A stretch of 29,629 nt of DNA from Perkinsus olseni. Its lineage: Eukaryota. A program made the position numbers and the translations under genes. The notes below the pieces were generated by a model. The model was not told the origin of the DNA. It did no database searches and saw nothing but the letters and a program-made list of their open reading frames with translations. The DNA is taken from positions 124,001-153,629 of the forward strand of contig JABANN010000011.1 of the NCBI GenBank assembly GCA_013115125.1, read 5' to 3'. Positions 1 through 13,259 of this stretch are shown piece after piece. Each line of letters begins with the position of its first letter. Position 1 is the first letter of the stretch.

Positions 1-406
1 CACGCCTGAGAGACACCTCTGAAGCGAATGAGACGATCAGCCCACTCTGCTCCGCTATGTCAAATATGCCCGAGGTTCCGAGTAGTTGGATATCCGTGCC
101 GTCTCCTAGCGTAACATTGATAGGGGGCAGGGAAACAACGCATACCTCCGGGTAGCAATAGAAGCATCCGAATATGCTATAGCCGCAAATGCTGGAACTA
201 TGGAAATAGCCAAAGATAAAATAAATGAGAGGCGTTTCGTTGTTCACCAATGCACCAAGGTTTTGATTGCTAACAGAAAGGTTGGCGATCAACCCGTAAC
301 GCGGGTATACCGGATCGACAATCTCTCGGCGCATAGGAAGCCTGATTAGGGGTACAGCTCCGGCATAGAGTAGAATGGTTGAGGAGATGACCCATAGCAG
401 CTGCAT
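1..406 (-). CDS. Secreted pepsin-like (A1 aspartic protease fold) protein, 3'-partial, first catalytic motif degenerate
   Basis: Open frame from ATG at 406 to the window edge, absent from the ORF track: MQLLWVISSTILLYAGAVPLIRLPM...LIANLSVSNQNLGALVNNETPLIYFIF...CGYSIFGCFYCYPEVC...VTLGDGTDIQL. Signal-like N-terminus, LRLP propeptide-like strand, Cys cluster and flap-like xGDG match the A1 N-lobe layout. Confidence 0.6.
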   Translation of the reverse strand, partial: MQLLWVISSTILLYAGAVPLIRLPMRREIVDPVYPRYGLIANLSVSNQNLGALVNNETPLIYFIFGYFHSSSICGYSIFGCFYCYPEVCVVSLPPINVTLGDGTDIQLLGTSGIFDIAEQSGLIVSFASEVSLRR

Positions 407-697
407 TGATGCTAAGATGAGGGGGAAAAGGTTGCCTGCCAATAAGCTCCCATTCAAATGTATCAGACGTCCGACGGGAAAGATGGTAGCCGACTGCTTA
501 GCCACTGTGGGAAATGTGGGACATACGTGTCGCTAGCTCCGTCCCTGCCGGAGGGACAATGACCACGGAGTTGCTGGTTATCCTCATCGGCGGCCCTGCC
601 AGCCCTTGGCCTACCAGGTAGGCCCTACCTCGCATCCTGTATCCGGCCTGCATTCTGGTTGTGATAGGGCATGCATTCAGTAGTCTAGTGCCTCCTT

Positions 698-1240
698 TTA
701 CACTCCGGGGAGAGTTACCCCCGCACTGTAGACAGCGGCGGACGTGCAGGCGCCGACGTGACCTGGGAGATCCAGGCCCGCTCGAGGCGCTCTGTTGGCT
801 CGTAATTCGAGGTACTCACAGTGTCTAAGCACGCCCATCCATGATTCACTACTAAAGCTTTCAGAAATGTAGCCGAGCCTCGGAAAACTATCTCGCATTT
901 GTTCGTAGCCGCCCCCTAATCCGAAACGTAACCAAGGATCTGGTGACACGTGCACTGTCCCATTCAGTCGTGTGTGACACACCCTTGTCCCTCAACTTGA
1001 GGTCTTCCCTAGCTGTTGTATTCCTGCCTATCTACTTTCCCTAACCTATCCATTGTCGCGTTATTATACTGCACACGGGCACTGTGCCGCAGCGGGGAGG
1101 CTTGACGTCATTAGTATCACAGAGGTATTGCCAGGATTCCGGGCTCTTTCACGTTAGGTTATGTTACGTACGCTGCCGATACTTCAGTGTCTTCAGGTCA
1201 GAGTGTGCAGGCGACAGGAAAGCACTCATTCCGATGATAG
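698..1240 (-). CDS. Possible multi-exon hypothetical protein
   Basis: Two short GT-AG gaps (about 34 and 28 nt, within 955-1050) join frames in phase: ...IITRQWI/AREDLKLRDK/VHVSPDPWLRFGLGGG.... Start and end are uncertain; no recognisable domain. Confidence 0.25.
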
Positions 1241-1674
1241 TATCAGAATTTGATAATCAAATAGTATCCGTCAACTGCGCCGTGAATGGATTGGCCTGCG
1301 CCCTCGTTGCCTCTGGCGGTCGTCGCGGAGGGATGCTGCGTGTAGCCACGGGTGTTCTTTGCCGCTCTCAGCTGGGACAACAATGCGCAGCTTGCCCCCT
1401 GGCAGGGCCGCGTTGCCTCAGACTCGCCGCGAACTCAGCGTTGTGAGATGCGAGGCTGAGAGAGTTGTCGCGGCCGCCCCATTAGTCGAAAGACAGGGCC
1501 TAGCAAGGTCCCTTTATCGTCGCACAACGGAACGCCCACGTCAACGCTTGGAATAATGACTAGCTGGCATTCAGTCGGCTCCAAAGTCTCCTTGGAAATC
1601 ACAATCTGGAGCTTATATCAAAACGACTAGCTCTCCTAAGAATACCCTCTGAAAGACTCGCGGTACAACTAGGC

Positions 1675-2678
1675 CTACCTTCCCGGACGCAGCGGCTGGT
1701 CGCTCTTGTTCCAATGCCGGCTAATCAATGACGATGCTATATGCCCACTAGTAGTATGACTTACGAGGCTTCGGAGACGGACAACTTCCGCCTCTAGAGC
1801 CTGGCTCTTCTTCGCCTCCTGCTCTAGCTGTCGTTGGAGGCTCTGTGTATCGCGCTCGAATCGGGCGAGCTCTGCACCGCCACTATCCAAGGCGCCGATG
1901 GGAGAATCGAGGCGTGTGGTAGTCACTGGGTGGCGGGAACGGTCCGATAAGTAATTACTTCTCTCCGTAGCCCCTAGAGCCTCCTTCGCCAACTCTAGCT
2001 CAGCTCGCGCGTTAGCCTCTCCTCGACGCGCGCGTTCCAGATCATCTCTTAGTTTCCCCATCAATTCCGAGCTATAGTTGCTCCCTGCCGCCGCTCTGAT
2101 CAAGGGAACAAGGAGCTTGCGGGAAAATCTTCTCATAGTATCACGTTTCGGGTGCCCTCAGTGTAGCGGATTTGTGAGCTTCTCTGACGAGCCTTCGAGC
2201 CTCCTCCAGCTCGAACAACAGCTCTTGTCTGGATTTGCTCCGAGCTCTGACACGTCGTCCCTACAGCGTTAGACATCCCCGCCACACCTCGGTGGCCCTC
2301 GACTCAGCGCTTCAGCTATGATGTTCTTCGACTCCTGGACACCGACTCTGGCCGTTAAAGCCCTTATTATGACGTCCTGACCAGGATCTCTCTGGGGCAG
2401 ACACTGACACTCATCGGCTTCCTACTTGTCGATCTATGTCTTCCTGCATTTTCTTAAAAGACCGCGTACGCTTGTGCTCACTCATCTCCGATCGCAGGCT
2501 CTTATTCTCTCTCTGAAGCCTTCCTATTGATCTCATCAGAGCGCGTACCTTACCCCAACATCCGCCACTCTGCAAAGAATTTTTCTCCTCGATAGCTCGC
2601 CGTACTATTCGAATCGGACATTCGGTCTCGTATAGCGAGCACTATTTCGTCGATACTGCAGCGATATTGACCGGCCAT
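1675..2678 (-). CDS. Hypothetical coiled-coil protein, multi-exon
   Basis: Heptad-rich segments LQRENKSLRSEM, KMQEDIDRQ, QELLFELEEARRLVRE, LRDDLERARRGEANARAELELAKE and LQRQLEQEAKKSQALEAEVVRLRS separated by ~30 nt GT-AG gaps. Candidate ATG at 2678; some junction phases are unresolved. Confidence 0.5.
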
Positions 2679-3280
2679 GTTTCATCTTAGTGATCCGCGC
2701 TTGTCATACCTTATCATTCGCAGGAGCCTGTGCCCTACTGCTAGCCGGCAACCCCTCCGCTATTGTCAATCCCCGTGTAGTCGACCACGCAGGTGCCTTT
2801 TGTGTAGTAGCTGTCGTCAGGCAGTACTCTCCTGACATGTCTATAATGCCCCTGAACACCTTCCCCATTCTATTCACCACTGTGGCTAACCTCAAGAACA
2901 ACGGAGCTTTTTTGAAACAGAGTCGTACTTAGGATCGTTATTGAATGCCACTCTAGGTTTACGGTGTACCAAGCAACTCAGCCTCTGACTAGAAGGCCCA
3001 CTAATAGTTCGAACGCTGATTGCCACTGCTAGACGACTGCCAGAGAGTCTCTGCTGCCGATGGAATAACGCTCCGTCCAGCGAAGAGAAGACGCCCCCCT
3101 GTATACATATCAAAAGCACACAATAGAAATCTCGTGAGAAATCGCTGCTGCATACCGAGTCGATACACCAAACCAATCGTGAACTGAGCCACTACTCCTG
3201 TCCGCTAAGAACGACGCACGGCCTTCCCTCGATAGTGGCGAAGGCCCTTTTATTATGAATAGCGGACCAGTGAATATACT

Positions 3281-3332
3281 ATTAGTAGTAGAAGTAGTAG
3301 TGGTATTAATAGCAGCAACAACAACAACGACG
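3281..3332. repeat. Degenerate trinucleotide tract (TAG/TGG grading into CAG/CAA/CGA)
   Basis: attagtagtagaagtagtagtggtattaatagcagcaacaacaacaacgacg, about 210 nt downstream of the SMG1 stop. Confidence 0.7.
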
Positions 3333-3539
3333 GCACGAGGCGGTGAAGTCTGACATCACACGAAAGCGCTGGTACGCGAGAAGATAAGAAGCACCGTTCT
3401 TCGTTTCTGTCACATCTCTACCGCCAGCACTGTCAGAGTCGAGTATTTCTACGGCGCACCGGGACAGAACAGTAGCTGTGGTCTGGCTAAGTGATCGTGG
3501 TCGGGGTGGTGATATGTAGGAGTGGTAATAATAGCGTTA

Positions 3540-6500
3540 TCATATCCAGGAGGTCCATCCTTCGTACATGCGTGAGAGGCTGCCCTCATCAGTAGCCTCT
3601 GTAATCCACTGATTCACAACCTGAGACCATCACAACCTCTGACCACGCCAAGGGACGCATTCTGACTCACCGCCTCGCTCGATAGAATAGCGCCCACATT
3701 ATCCGTGGGGTTGGGCACTAGCCTTGAAGCGGACAGAGCAATCGAGCCAGACCACGCCATATGCTCCCAACGGACCAAGGGCGCTGCCTGGGCTGGGGAG
3801 GCCAGGCCCGGTGGTGGAGCTGAGAAGATCTTGAATGAAACGAAGTCCGAGGCATCATTATCAGACTCACAGGATCCCGACTCCTGGACGGAGGCTCGTA
3901 ACGGTAGGTCACTATCGAAGATACGAGACAGGACGAGGTTGTGGCAATACGTCTTCTCAATCGCAGCGGCAGTTGGGAGAGGTGAGGAGCTCACCGGCCT
4001 GAGGACGAAGAATGGCAAGACTCAAGAGACGTTGTTCCTCTCCACGTACTTCGCAACCTGCATCGCTAAGGCTGCCATGGGATCGTTCTCTTCAGTCTCG
4101 TTCTCGCGGATCCCAACATTGGCGGCCACCAGGGCCTGCTCTTCCACACCACCCGCCTTGCCTGGTTGACTACCCTCACTGGGAGATGCTAGCGTACCGC
4201 TGGCCGAAGCCTCCTGAGAACCGAGCAACTCTAGCCTAAAAGAGAAGGAAGCAGACTCCTACCTGCGCAAGCTGAGTCCGGACAGCCGGAGCCACGTCAT
4301 TGCCGGCCACAGCATCATCCTCAGAGTCGTCCTCTATCTCATCCTCGTCAACTTCATCATCACTCGCGGCGGAATCCCCAGGGGCTGTGCTGGAGCCTCG
4401 TTCGCCGTCATTTTTACCGCTAGAGTTCAGCGCACTCCTGAGAAACGAGCCAATCAGGACAGCAAGAGCTCGTGTTCGTCGTACTCGGTTGTCCCTTCCT
4501 CGCATACATCGCCGTTTGCCTTGGAGCCTCGAGCCAGAGGGATATGCACACCCAGCCTCCCGAATAAGGCCAGTACACGGCCGAAGATCTCCATATCATC
4601 AGCCTTACCCTCGTCGGACAGTACTCGCCGCAGCTGGACACAATCGTCAACGATAGCATGGTCGAAGTCGGCGGCCCCAACGGTTATGGCAACCTCGTTA
4701 ATCGAAGCCACCAGTGGCCCGTAGTTCCGCTTTAGCGTTTCGGCGGTGCCCGCGGGCAACAGTTCTCTCGCCTTATGCAAGTAGGCTTCGATTGATTGAC
4801 AAGACTCCTTCACAGTGTCGGGAAGGGACTCGTCATCCGGGGTGCCGACTGATGAAATCTCCGCCCGAATTTTGCGCAAGTCAGCGATAGCTTCTTCCAT
4901 TTCTTTCGGAACCTGACGGCAACACAGAACTCAATTCCATGTACCACTGATGCGCACAGAACCGACCGAAGCTATGCAGCGCTGCGTTAGTACCCTCATA
5001 ACGGCCCGAACGCGTCGGGCAATTTCACTCATCGCCCATTCCCTCGCCATCATCTTAGCCTCAGCCGGAGACGCCTCCGCCTCCTCCCTCACGTTACGAC
5101 CAGACTTGGGTTCAGCGCGCTGTGCGGCCGAGATCGAGAAGCCGAAAGCGCCGCACAACCGAGCCCGCAAGGTTGGGATGAGCACAAACCTGAGAGAGAT
5201 AATAATAGTACCCACCGACAGCAGGAGTATTATCTCACCTTGAGAGGGTCTGTAGGGCGTAGAGCCTGTCGATCTCCAGAGAGGGCGAGATTCCAGCACA
5301 CAGTGCGTTCACTCGGAACTGTAGCAGCCTAACCTCTAGCGTGAGTTGATCGGTCTTATCGTTGCCCACAAGGGCCAAAGTCTTGCTAGTCTGCGCCTCG
5401 GCCTCTTCAATCGCCTGCCACAGTCCACTCTCGCCGACTACCGGGGCCTTCGCTACGAAGCGGTCAAGCTTCTTGGTGATGGCTGTGAGGTTGTGGCGCA
5501 CTCGAGCCTGAGACGGTGAGAGCATTAATATCAACGCCTGTGTTGACGTCCGGTATGATTGACTGGATGACCTACCAAAATGTGACTAGGGTCCTTCTTC
5601 TCGCTCTCCTCTCTCGCCGCGGCACCCAATGCCTTACTCAAGTTCTCAACGTCCGTATGCAGAACAGACAACGCCTAAGTTATTGAAGGCGACATATCAT
5701 AGACACTTGGGCACGCTAAGGCGTGGCATAGTGGTGAGCCCGAATCAGGATTCACAACATCGAACGCGCCGGTAGTGGGTCAGTGAACTCACCTTCGGTG
5801 TGGAGGAGGGCAGCATGAGATCATGCAGACCGCTGAGCGAGGAGAGGATCTTGGAATCCTCACGACTCCAACGAGTCGATGACGAAGCCGCCGCAGCCTT
5901 GGTCGCCAGCTCGTCCGTGCCCTCAACCATACCCGTCAGGATGTCGCAGCTCCGCTCGAACATACTCTAAATACGAGGGAATGCGGAACGTCATACACCA
6001 GATCGACTCACCTCTAGTTCGGCGTCTACTATGCACTGAGCCGGGTCGAAGAGGGTATCGGCACTGTACTCGTCCAGAGTTGGGAAGCCGAAGTGATCCA
6101 GCTTCTCACCGTACGTCACCGGATAGAGCAGCCTGAGCAGGCGGCAGCACTTGTCGGATGAGAATGGAGTCCTCACGACTGCGCGAGAATTACGACAAAA
6201 CGCTCGAACTTGTAACGATTCTCCAAGTCCCCCGGCTCGAGGCCCTCGAGCTTCGGGCGAGTAATGAGTTATAAATACGGAAGGCAGCGCTATCACTAAT
6301 AACGCCGCGCAGAATTCCATAGCCTCGAGATCCACGCCGTGAATTTCACGGCGGCGCTGACCGATCCACTCACCCGCCGGAGAGTCTCAGACTAGCGTCC
6401 GCGAAGAGGAGGGACTCAACACGGCCCAACGCAGACAGCATTCTGCTCCAAGCCTCGTTGTGTGATGCCGGTATACGTGGCGAGTTAAGCGCTGACACCT

Positions 6501-9500
6501 GCACAGGAAAGGACTGGACGATGGGGGCGAGTGAAAGTGAAGACGATGCTTACTTGAGACGACACGTAGCCAAGCCACTGCCAGGCATTAGGCAGTTTCG
6601 CATAGAAGCAGAGGCCTGCAAGCCTGAGTCGCTCTCGGTCCTCCCCAATGGCCGATCGGCGGATCCTGGAGCGATTCGAGCCGGCCGATGTTGTCATGGG
6701 GGGCTGTCTCGATAGCCACCCTTGAATGTCTTCGGCTTCCGAAGCGTATTCTGCAGCGGGACCCTGAGTAAAGAGGGCACCATTAGACGGGCGAAGGGAC
6801 ACGGGCTGCTCACCATGCGAAGTTCGGCTGCCGCATCCTGCAACCTTTCAACAACCTTCCCCACGCTCTCAGCGCCTGGGCAAATCGTCTGCTTCATCGC
6901 ATCCTCGCCCATACTCAAGAGATCTCCCAAGTACACTTCCGCGCCGGCCAGGCCATTCCGGAACCAGCCATGTTTGTCAAAAGCTTGCAACAGCAAGCAT
7001 AGACCAACTCCTCCGTCAAGCATACGACGACGGCTCAAATCCTCGATGAGTCCCTCCACCACAGCCAGCTCCGAACCGGTTAGCTTGACCAGTTCGTGGC
7101 CGGCAATCGCCGGCAGTACCTCACTCCCAACCTCGCTAGCGCGATCCTTGAGGCTCGCCACCAGCACAGAGAGGCACTTGGGCAGGCGGTCCGCTGGTCT
7201 GAGTGACACCAACGACGGCAATAGCTGCACTGACGACCACTCCACCAACGGCAGCCGCAGGACAGTTCCCAGTAGCCGCGGTATCAGGTACTTGAACCGC
7301 TCCTCAAGAACGTCGCCGTCCACTAGCCGCGTGCCCGCGTTCCATCTGGACTTCGCCACGAGGTCGCTCATCAGCTTTCGGAACTCTCCCGGCGTGCTCT
7401 GCAGTACACTGCGGAGACCGGCCGTGAGCCTCATCGGCACGCGCTCCGGGACCTTGAGGCGCCGACCCTTATGAAAGGAGACCGAGAAGTCGATGTGGAC
7501 CACCGCACCCGTCGGCCTGTGGACGCTGATGTTCTCAAGGTGACGATCGCCCATGCCAGCGAACACCGACGCTGCCGAGTTGATCGCCATGGAGGCAGCG
7601 AACCTTCTATAAGAGGCGAACAACTGCTTCGGAGAGCCTGCCTGCAGGACCAGCTCTGTACGGATGAAGCCGTCACCGGTCTCGCTCTGACGACGAGCCC
7701 GCAAGGTTCTCCACACTTGCAGCAGTATGCCATGGTCCCACAGCTTGCGCGGCGTCTTAGACGGATTGATACCAGCATTCTTCAGGGCCTCGTAGGTCAG
7801 CCGTCGCCACTCGAGCATGTCATGCTCGCGGAAGTTGGGCTGATGCTTGGCCATCTGGATCAGACTGGTGAGCTCATGAACCCAGCGGACCATGCCGCAG
7901 CGAGGAGCCAGGGTTATAGCATCATAGGTCTTGAACAGCTGCTCCTTATCACTAGGCTGGGCGCACATCAGAGCCTCTGCGTCCAGCATGTCGCCGAGAG
8001 CTCGAATGACCTGCATGACCAGAGCATCGTTGCGGACATCGTCAGCTCCCTTCAGAAGGAAGTCGAAACGCCTTCCGCTAGGCGAGTCGAAGGCTATCCG
8101 CTTCGGTCTGCTCTTCGTCGTCATGCACTGTACCTTGGCGGCCACCCTCTGCACCGGGACGCCCTCCAAGCTGAGATCAGTCAAGTCCATAGACACCAGA
8201 CCCGGAGCCAAGTCTTCTACTAGCCTGATACCCTGGGTCCCTTGCGAGGTGCCTCGCTTAGTAAGGACTTGCACTGCATGCCTCGTTCCATTCGCCCAGT
8301 CCACAATAGACTTGCACACGTCAACTGCCTCGCAGCGCTCTCGTCTCATGTCGCGTATCTTCTTCGCGATGTGGGCTTGAAGAGCCTGAGCTGCCTTGGT
8401 ATACCGTGCGTCCGGATGGCACTCGTCACCAAAGACCTCAGCGATAGCCTCCTCGCTATTGAGGCTCATGAGTACCGTACGCAGCTTGCTCGGGTCAGCA
8501 CTGGAGACAGCCCACTGCGCCACTCTGGCGGCAGAGTCCTCGAACGACCAGCTCAGCACCCTTAGAGCATGGCAGAGCGATCCAGCTTTCTCAACCAGCT
8601 CTGGGTGCCACCTCCGCAACGGCTCCAGAATGGCGCTATCCGGCACTAAGTGAGGAGGGGGATCCGCCTTGCCAGGAGCACCAGCCAGCGACAGAGCTGA
8701 CCACACCACACGATTCGGGTCCTCCTTACAAAGCTTATCCCATACCGCTTGCGCGAACGCTCTAACTCGGGGCCTCCGGTCTCTAAGGTAGCTGACGACT
8801 TGGTGAGCCAAAGGAGCCCACAGCGAACAAGGCATTTCCTCCGCCAGTGCTGGGTTCATACCCAGCGACAACAGCTTCAGGAGAATGCTTGCTTTCTCGG
8901 ACGCTGACTTCTTCATCTGGAACGCCTCAGTTCTGACGTATTCCTCGTAGTTGCTGATGCACAGCTCATCTGTTCCTTCCTCCACACTCGGGTCGAGGGT
9001 GTGCTGGTGGAAAAGATACTCGGCAAACGTTCGTCTCGGCTCCGCAGCGGCTTCCGCGCTCCCTGCTGTCGCCCAGACACGAACGCCAAGATCTAGCAAC
9101 CAGCGCCGGTAGTAGGCCTGACCGCTCTTAGGTGGAGCCGGGACTCCAGCGCTCGCAGCGACGTGAATAAGCCTCTGCAACATACTAGGATGCCGTGAGA
9201 GCTCGGTGAGGACCAAGTCACTATGGGGCATGGCATTGAAGGCGAGGGCCGTGTTGACCGCATGGTCCACGATCCCCAGTGGAAGGGCGCTGGCGTCGCT
9301 CTGCAGTTTCAAGAACATCGCCAGCCTCGCTGGAGTCATTCCCATAGAAAAAGTTGGGTCTTCGCCGATTGTTAAGGCAAAGAGCTCCCGAGCCGCATCC
9401 TCGCCGTTTCTGCGCCGCTGCAGGTCCACTTTATAGAGGCTGAGATCTCCATCGGGCGGATGAATCGTCAAGGGAGGGATCTCCGACAGCATCATAGCAA

Positions 9501-12500
9501 TAGTGTCTTGTTTCTCCCACTTGCCCATGGTGGCCTCGAAGATCTCCTGGGTACCCGGAGCACTCGGCAACAAGCCAATCTGCAGCATAGTCAAGTAGGA
9601 AGCTGCCACGTCAGAGGAAGTCGCGTCCGCGAAGCCGATGGGCTTTCCCGGGCCCATGTCTCGAGTTGTCGTTTGCTGCCATGTTGACAAAAGCCCGGCT
9701 GCCTTCTGCTGCTCCGGAAGCATCCCACCGCCGGTCATAGCGTCCTCGAATGGCCAGTAGGCGACCCTGTCGCAAACCACCGCTGCCTTCATCCAAATAC
9801 CCAGCACCAGGTCCCTACACTCGGGGTCGAAGGCAACTAGGCCCACGGACTCGCACAGGCCGCAGACCGACATCGGCCGGTCTTCAACGTGGAACTTGAC
9901 GAGGCTCCTCTCAAGACCGGGCAGCAGGTACTGATCATCCACCTTGGTAGTAGCCAGCTTCATAATAGCTCCCGCTGTGCTCTCACTCGGTCTAGGTTGG
10001 CCCTGCAGAGCCACTGACTTCAGCAGCTCCGCCAGGTCACTCCTAGTAACAACACGGGCCCCAGCAACCCCTTCGCACACAAGCCCACTTTTGACATCAG
10101 CGAAGCGTCCAGTGATGTCGGGCCAAGTCCTGCACATACAATACACGACGCTTGTCCGCAGCCTGGCCAGCCACATATCCAGCTGCTGGCGATTCCGAGA
10201 GAACAGAAGGAAAACGGGATTGTCACGTTGGAACTTCTCGAGTATGAGAGTTGAGTAGACCTCGAAGCCGTGAAGGAGGCTGGCCAGAGCTCCCACTTGC
10301 CAAGTGCTGAAGTCTTCCCCGGTCCCTCGGACGACGCTGGTGACCAAGGACTCCACCTCAGGTAGGGCCCGCATGTCGTCCAGCTTCTGAAGCACCTTCA
10401 CCAGGGCGCTGTGATGCATGCTTGCTCCGACGCCAGTTCGACCGGTAACGCAGGTCAAGATCAGATACGGCTCCACCAAGGCATTGGGACGCACTCCCCT
10501 GAATATCCAGTCCACTGCCTGAGATGAGATTGCTGGTACCAAGGCCGGTGGGCCCGTCGAGGTGCTTTTATCGGCGACCGCTAGTGTGTCTGCATCCGTT
10601 ACATCCATGCCAAGCAAGGCCCTCGACTCCGGCCCCATTCTACTCCTCACCAAGGTCGTCTTGCCATTATCAGCGTTGAGTTCTCGTAGAACGCGGGCAC
10701 GAGTGAGGTAGATCGCGGGGTCCACGAGGAGGGAGGGATCGACATCAGCCACCGCTTGCAAGAACGCAGAGACTATCTGCTCCACCCAGGGCTGCTGCTT
10801 TTCTCTCATTTTCAGCCTCATCTGACCGATCGCCTTCACCACCTCGAGACACACGTTCATACAGGCGTGAATGCCGTCAACATCGCCATCAGCTGATGCA
10901 ACGCCGATCTGCTTGCAGGCCATCATAAACGCCGACACCGAAGCTTCCAAGTGCTGTGCTGAGGCGGGCTGCCACTGTTTGCTCTGCATCGCCGCCAAGT
11001 GCACCCAGCCGTGCGCCGACAACGGGGATATGGCCAAAAGCTGGTCCAGCTCCTGCGGGGGCGCCAGCACTGCGATGAGCCGTGAAAGGCGGTACGCCTT
11101 ACTGAACAGCTGATGATGCCTGAGACCGAGCGAGCAATCCGGTCGACGGCGAGCAACATAGTCGGGTTCCCTGATCACCTGTAGTTGCCATTGAGGGGAT
11201 TCTTAGAGTCAAAGCCTTCTCTATCGGCCATGGCCTTCGAGAGATCGTCGCTGTACTTGGCCACGAGCTCAGTCAGGCTGCCACTAGACAACGCTGGCCG
11301 GAGATTCTGCATTATGGATGTGACCAGGTCAAGGTCTTCGGGAAGAGCCGATGCATGCATTATCCACTCAACTAAGGTGCGCAGTAGGCTGCCAACCGAG
11401 GCCTGAATAGAAGATCTCCATTCGGCAGATACTACCGCATTACTCACCCCGATCGTCTTGATGCCCTTCGTGCTCAGAGAAAAGACTTTCACCACTTTCA
11501 TGGCTGTGCGGACAGCTCCATTCGTCATCGAACTCTCCTGAGGGAACTGCTCTCAGGAACCGGCAAAAGCCTTACTCCAGCCTTACCGCCTGCAGGATTG
11601 ACCAGACCCTCCTGTAGAGACGCTGGCTGACGAAGTACATCCCAACGTCATCGGCATGTGAGGGAATTTGATGACGCTTTCGGCATAGATCCAGGTACTG
11701 AAGACGAGAAAGCTGCTGACCACAGTGCTACAGTATGAGCGTACTTCCGCAATTGCGACGGCCAACTCTATGACGGCAGCGCCCTCGCTAGTGCCGAAGT
11801 TGTCCCTTTTTAGGCGACAATCTATAAAGCCCCAAACTATCTCTTGTCGCTCTGAGCTGCGCTGGCGATCCTAAGAGCAGCAACATAGAGACGCGCCGAA
11901 GCCACCCGCCCACTGACCAGCGGCTGCCACAAGCTGTTGTAGTAGGGACCAACAGAATCAAGGCACCAGTTCGCAGCCCACTTGCATCCTGGCTGCGTCT
12001 GGCCCAATGAGACGCCACAAGTGAGCAGACTCATGCCCTCGTGGGGAGAATGGACCGATAGGAAACTCAGACCGCTTTGGGCCAGCACGGGGGTCTGAGC
12101 GCACGACAGACGGTCGTCACACAGGGCAACCCGAGCACACTCACGGTGAGATTGGCGCCCTTGCCAGGACCTCTATCATTCAACCACGCGACCGCTGCCG
12201 ATATCCCCACGGGATCTTGATTCTTGAATGCCGCAATACACGCAAGGTAGTGACCTTCAAGATTATCGTTAGACGGCGGAACCTGAGCCCGAGGAGTGAA
12301 TGCCCGCCTGTGAGAAACCAGGCAAGGCGATGAGCCAGGGCCCCGGCCTGACGGTGACAGCGACGACGAACCTCCCACGGAACGACTAAACAACGCTCGC
12401 GTAGTGTGAGCACTGCTGGCCGACCAAACCTCGCAGTACGAGAGCTTCGAGTTCTCAACAGAGCTGAGGATATCCCCGGCTTCCCCTCGTACTACCGGTT

Positions 12501-12660
12501 GAGAATGGTTGTTACCGCTTGTTCTCTCCTCAGCACCGCCTCTGCCCCCCTTCCCATGTCCCGCAAGCTGACGTCCACTTTCCGGCCGCCGTACAGAGCG
12601 CGCATAGGTATCGCTGTAGTCTGGCCGCTGGTGGACGCTTGTAGACCCACGATAGAGCAT
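3540..12660 (-). CDS. SMG1: SMG1-type PI3K-related protein kinase (NMD kinase), multi-exon
   Basis: Kinase motifs at ~7430-8130: TKSRPKRI, FLLKGADDVRND, GMGDRHLEN, VVHIDFS, KGRRLKVPERVPMRLT. Last exon 3540-3620 after intron 3621-3670 encodes FATC VVNQWITEATDEGSLSRMYEGWTSWI* (SMG1 ends ...LYEGWTAWV). A long insertion separates kinase and FATC. In-phase introns at 6764-6813 and 11120-11178. Start at 12660 (ccctag-g-ATG) is tentative. Confidence 0.88.
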
Positions 12661-13259
12661 CCTAGGGTGACAAAAACTGCCAGAATACTGAGCTTCGCTC
12701 CGCTGTGACGCTCCAGACAAATGAACGTACGACAGACGCTGAGGCAGCTGCTGCGCAGCCCAGCCATTATCCGCAACTGCAAACACGACCCACGCGTCTC
12801 ATGGTGTCAACAATGTGATAATAATCCCGCCGGCCCCCAAGCCGATAGCTACGGCAGCACTGAGCCAACCCGGCATACCGCAGCAATGTACTAGTATACA
12901 GAAAAAAGAGCAGTCAAATTCGCCCGCCACTAGAATCTATCGCGTTGCTCCCGCGAGGCGTTCCGATCGGCGATCGCACACCACCGCAGGCGTAGCAGCA
13001 CGAGGAGTCTCTGATGAAGGGCCGCTGCCGACGACGGGCCACTGGCTGCATGGGTAGTGCGCATGAGCAGCGCCCGCTCGAGGTCGAATCGTCACTACTC
13101 GACCAATCCAACCGACGAGCCATCATAGGACTACGGAATCTGAGACAGCGCAACCAAAGATCGCAAAGAATCAAGATCTGGCGCAGAACCATGCACGTTC
13201 CGAACGCGCCGCTCGGAGGGAAAAGAGAGATCCTCTCACATCTATACTCGCGCTGCTAC

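Noticed and set aside
2704..3192. Two same-frame minus-strand ORFs separated by several stops (pseudogene or readthrough?)
   Set aside because: No recognisable protein similarity; mixed TAA/TAG stops argue against recoding.
3300..3530. Minus-strand frame with GASYLLAYQR, like a USP C-terminal motif, ending in poly-Cys
   Set aside because: No Cys-box or His-box, no start codon, lies just past the SMG1 stop; the poly-Cys comes from the microsatellite.
6722..8565. Several 100-250 aa plus-strand ORFs
   Set aside because: Antisense to the GC-rich SMG1 kinase exon.
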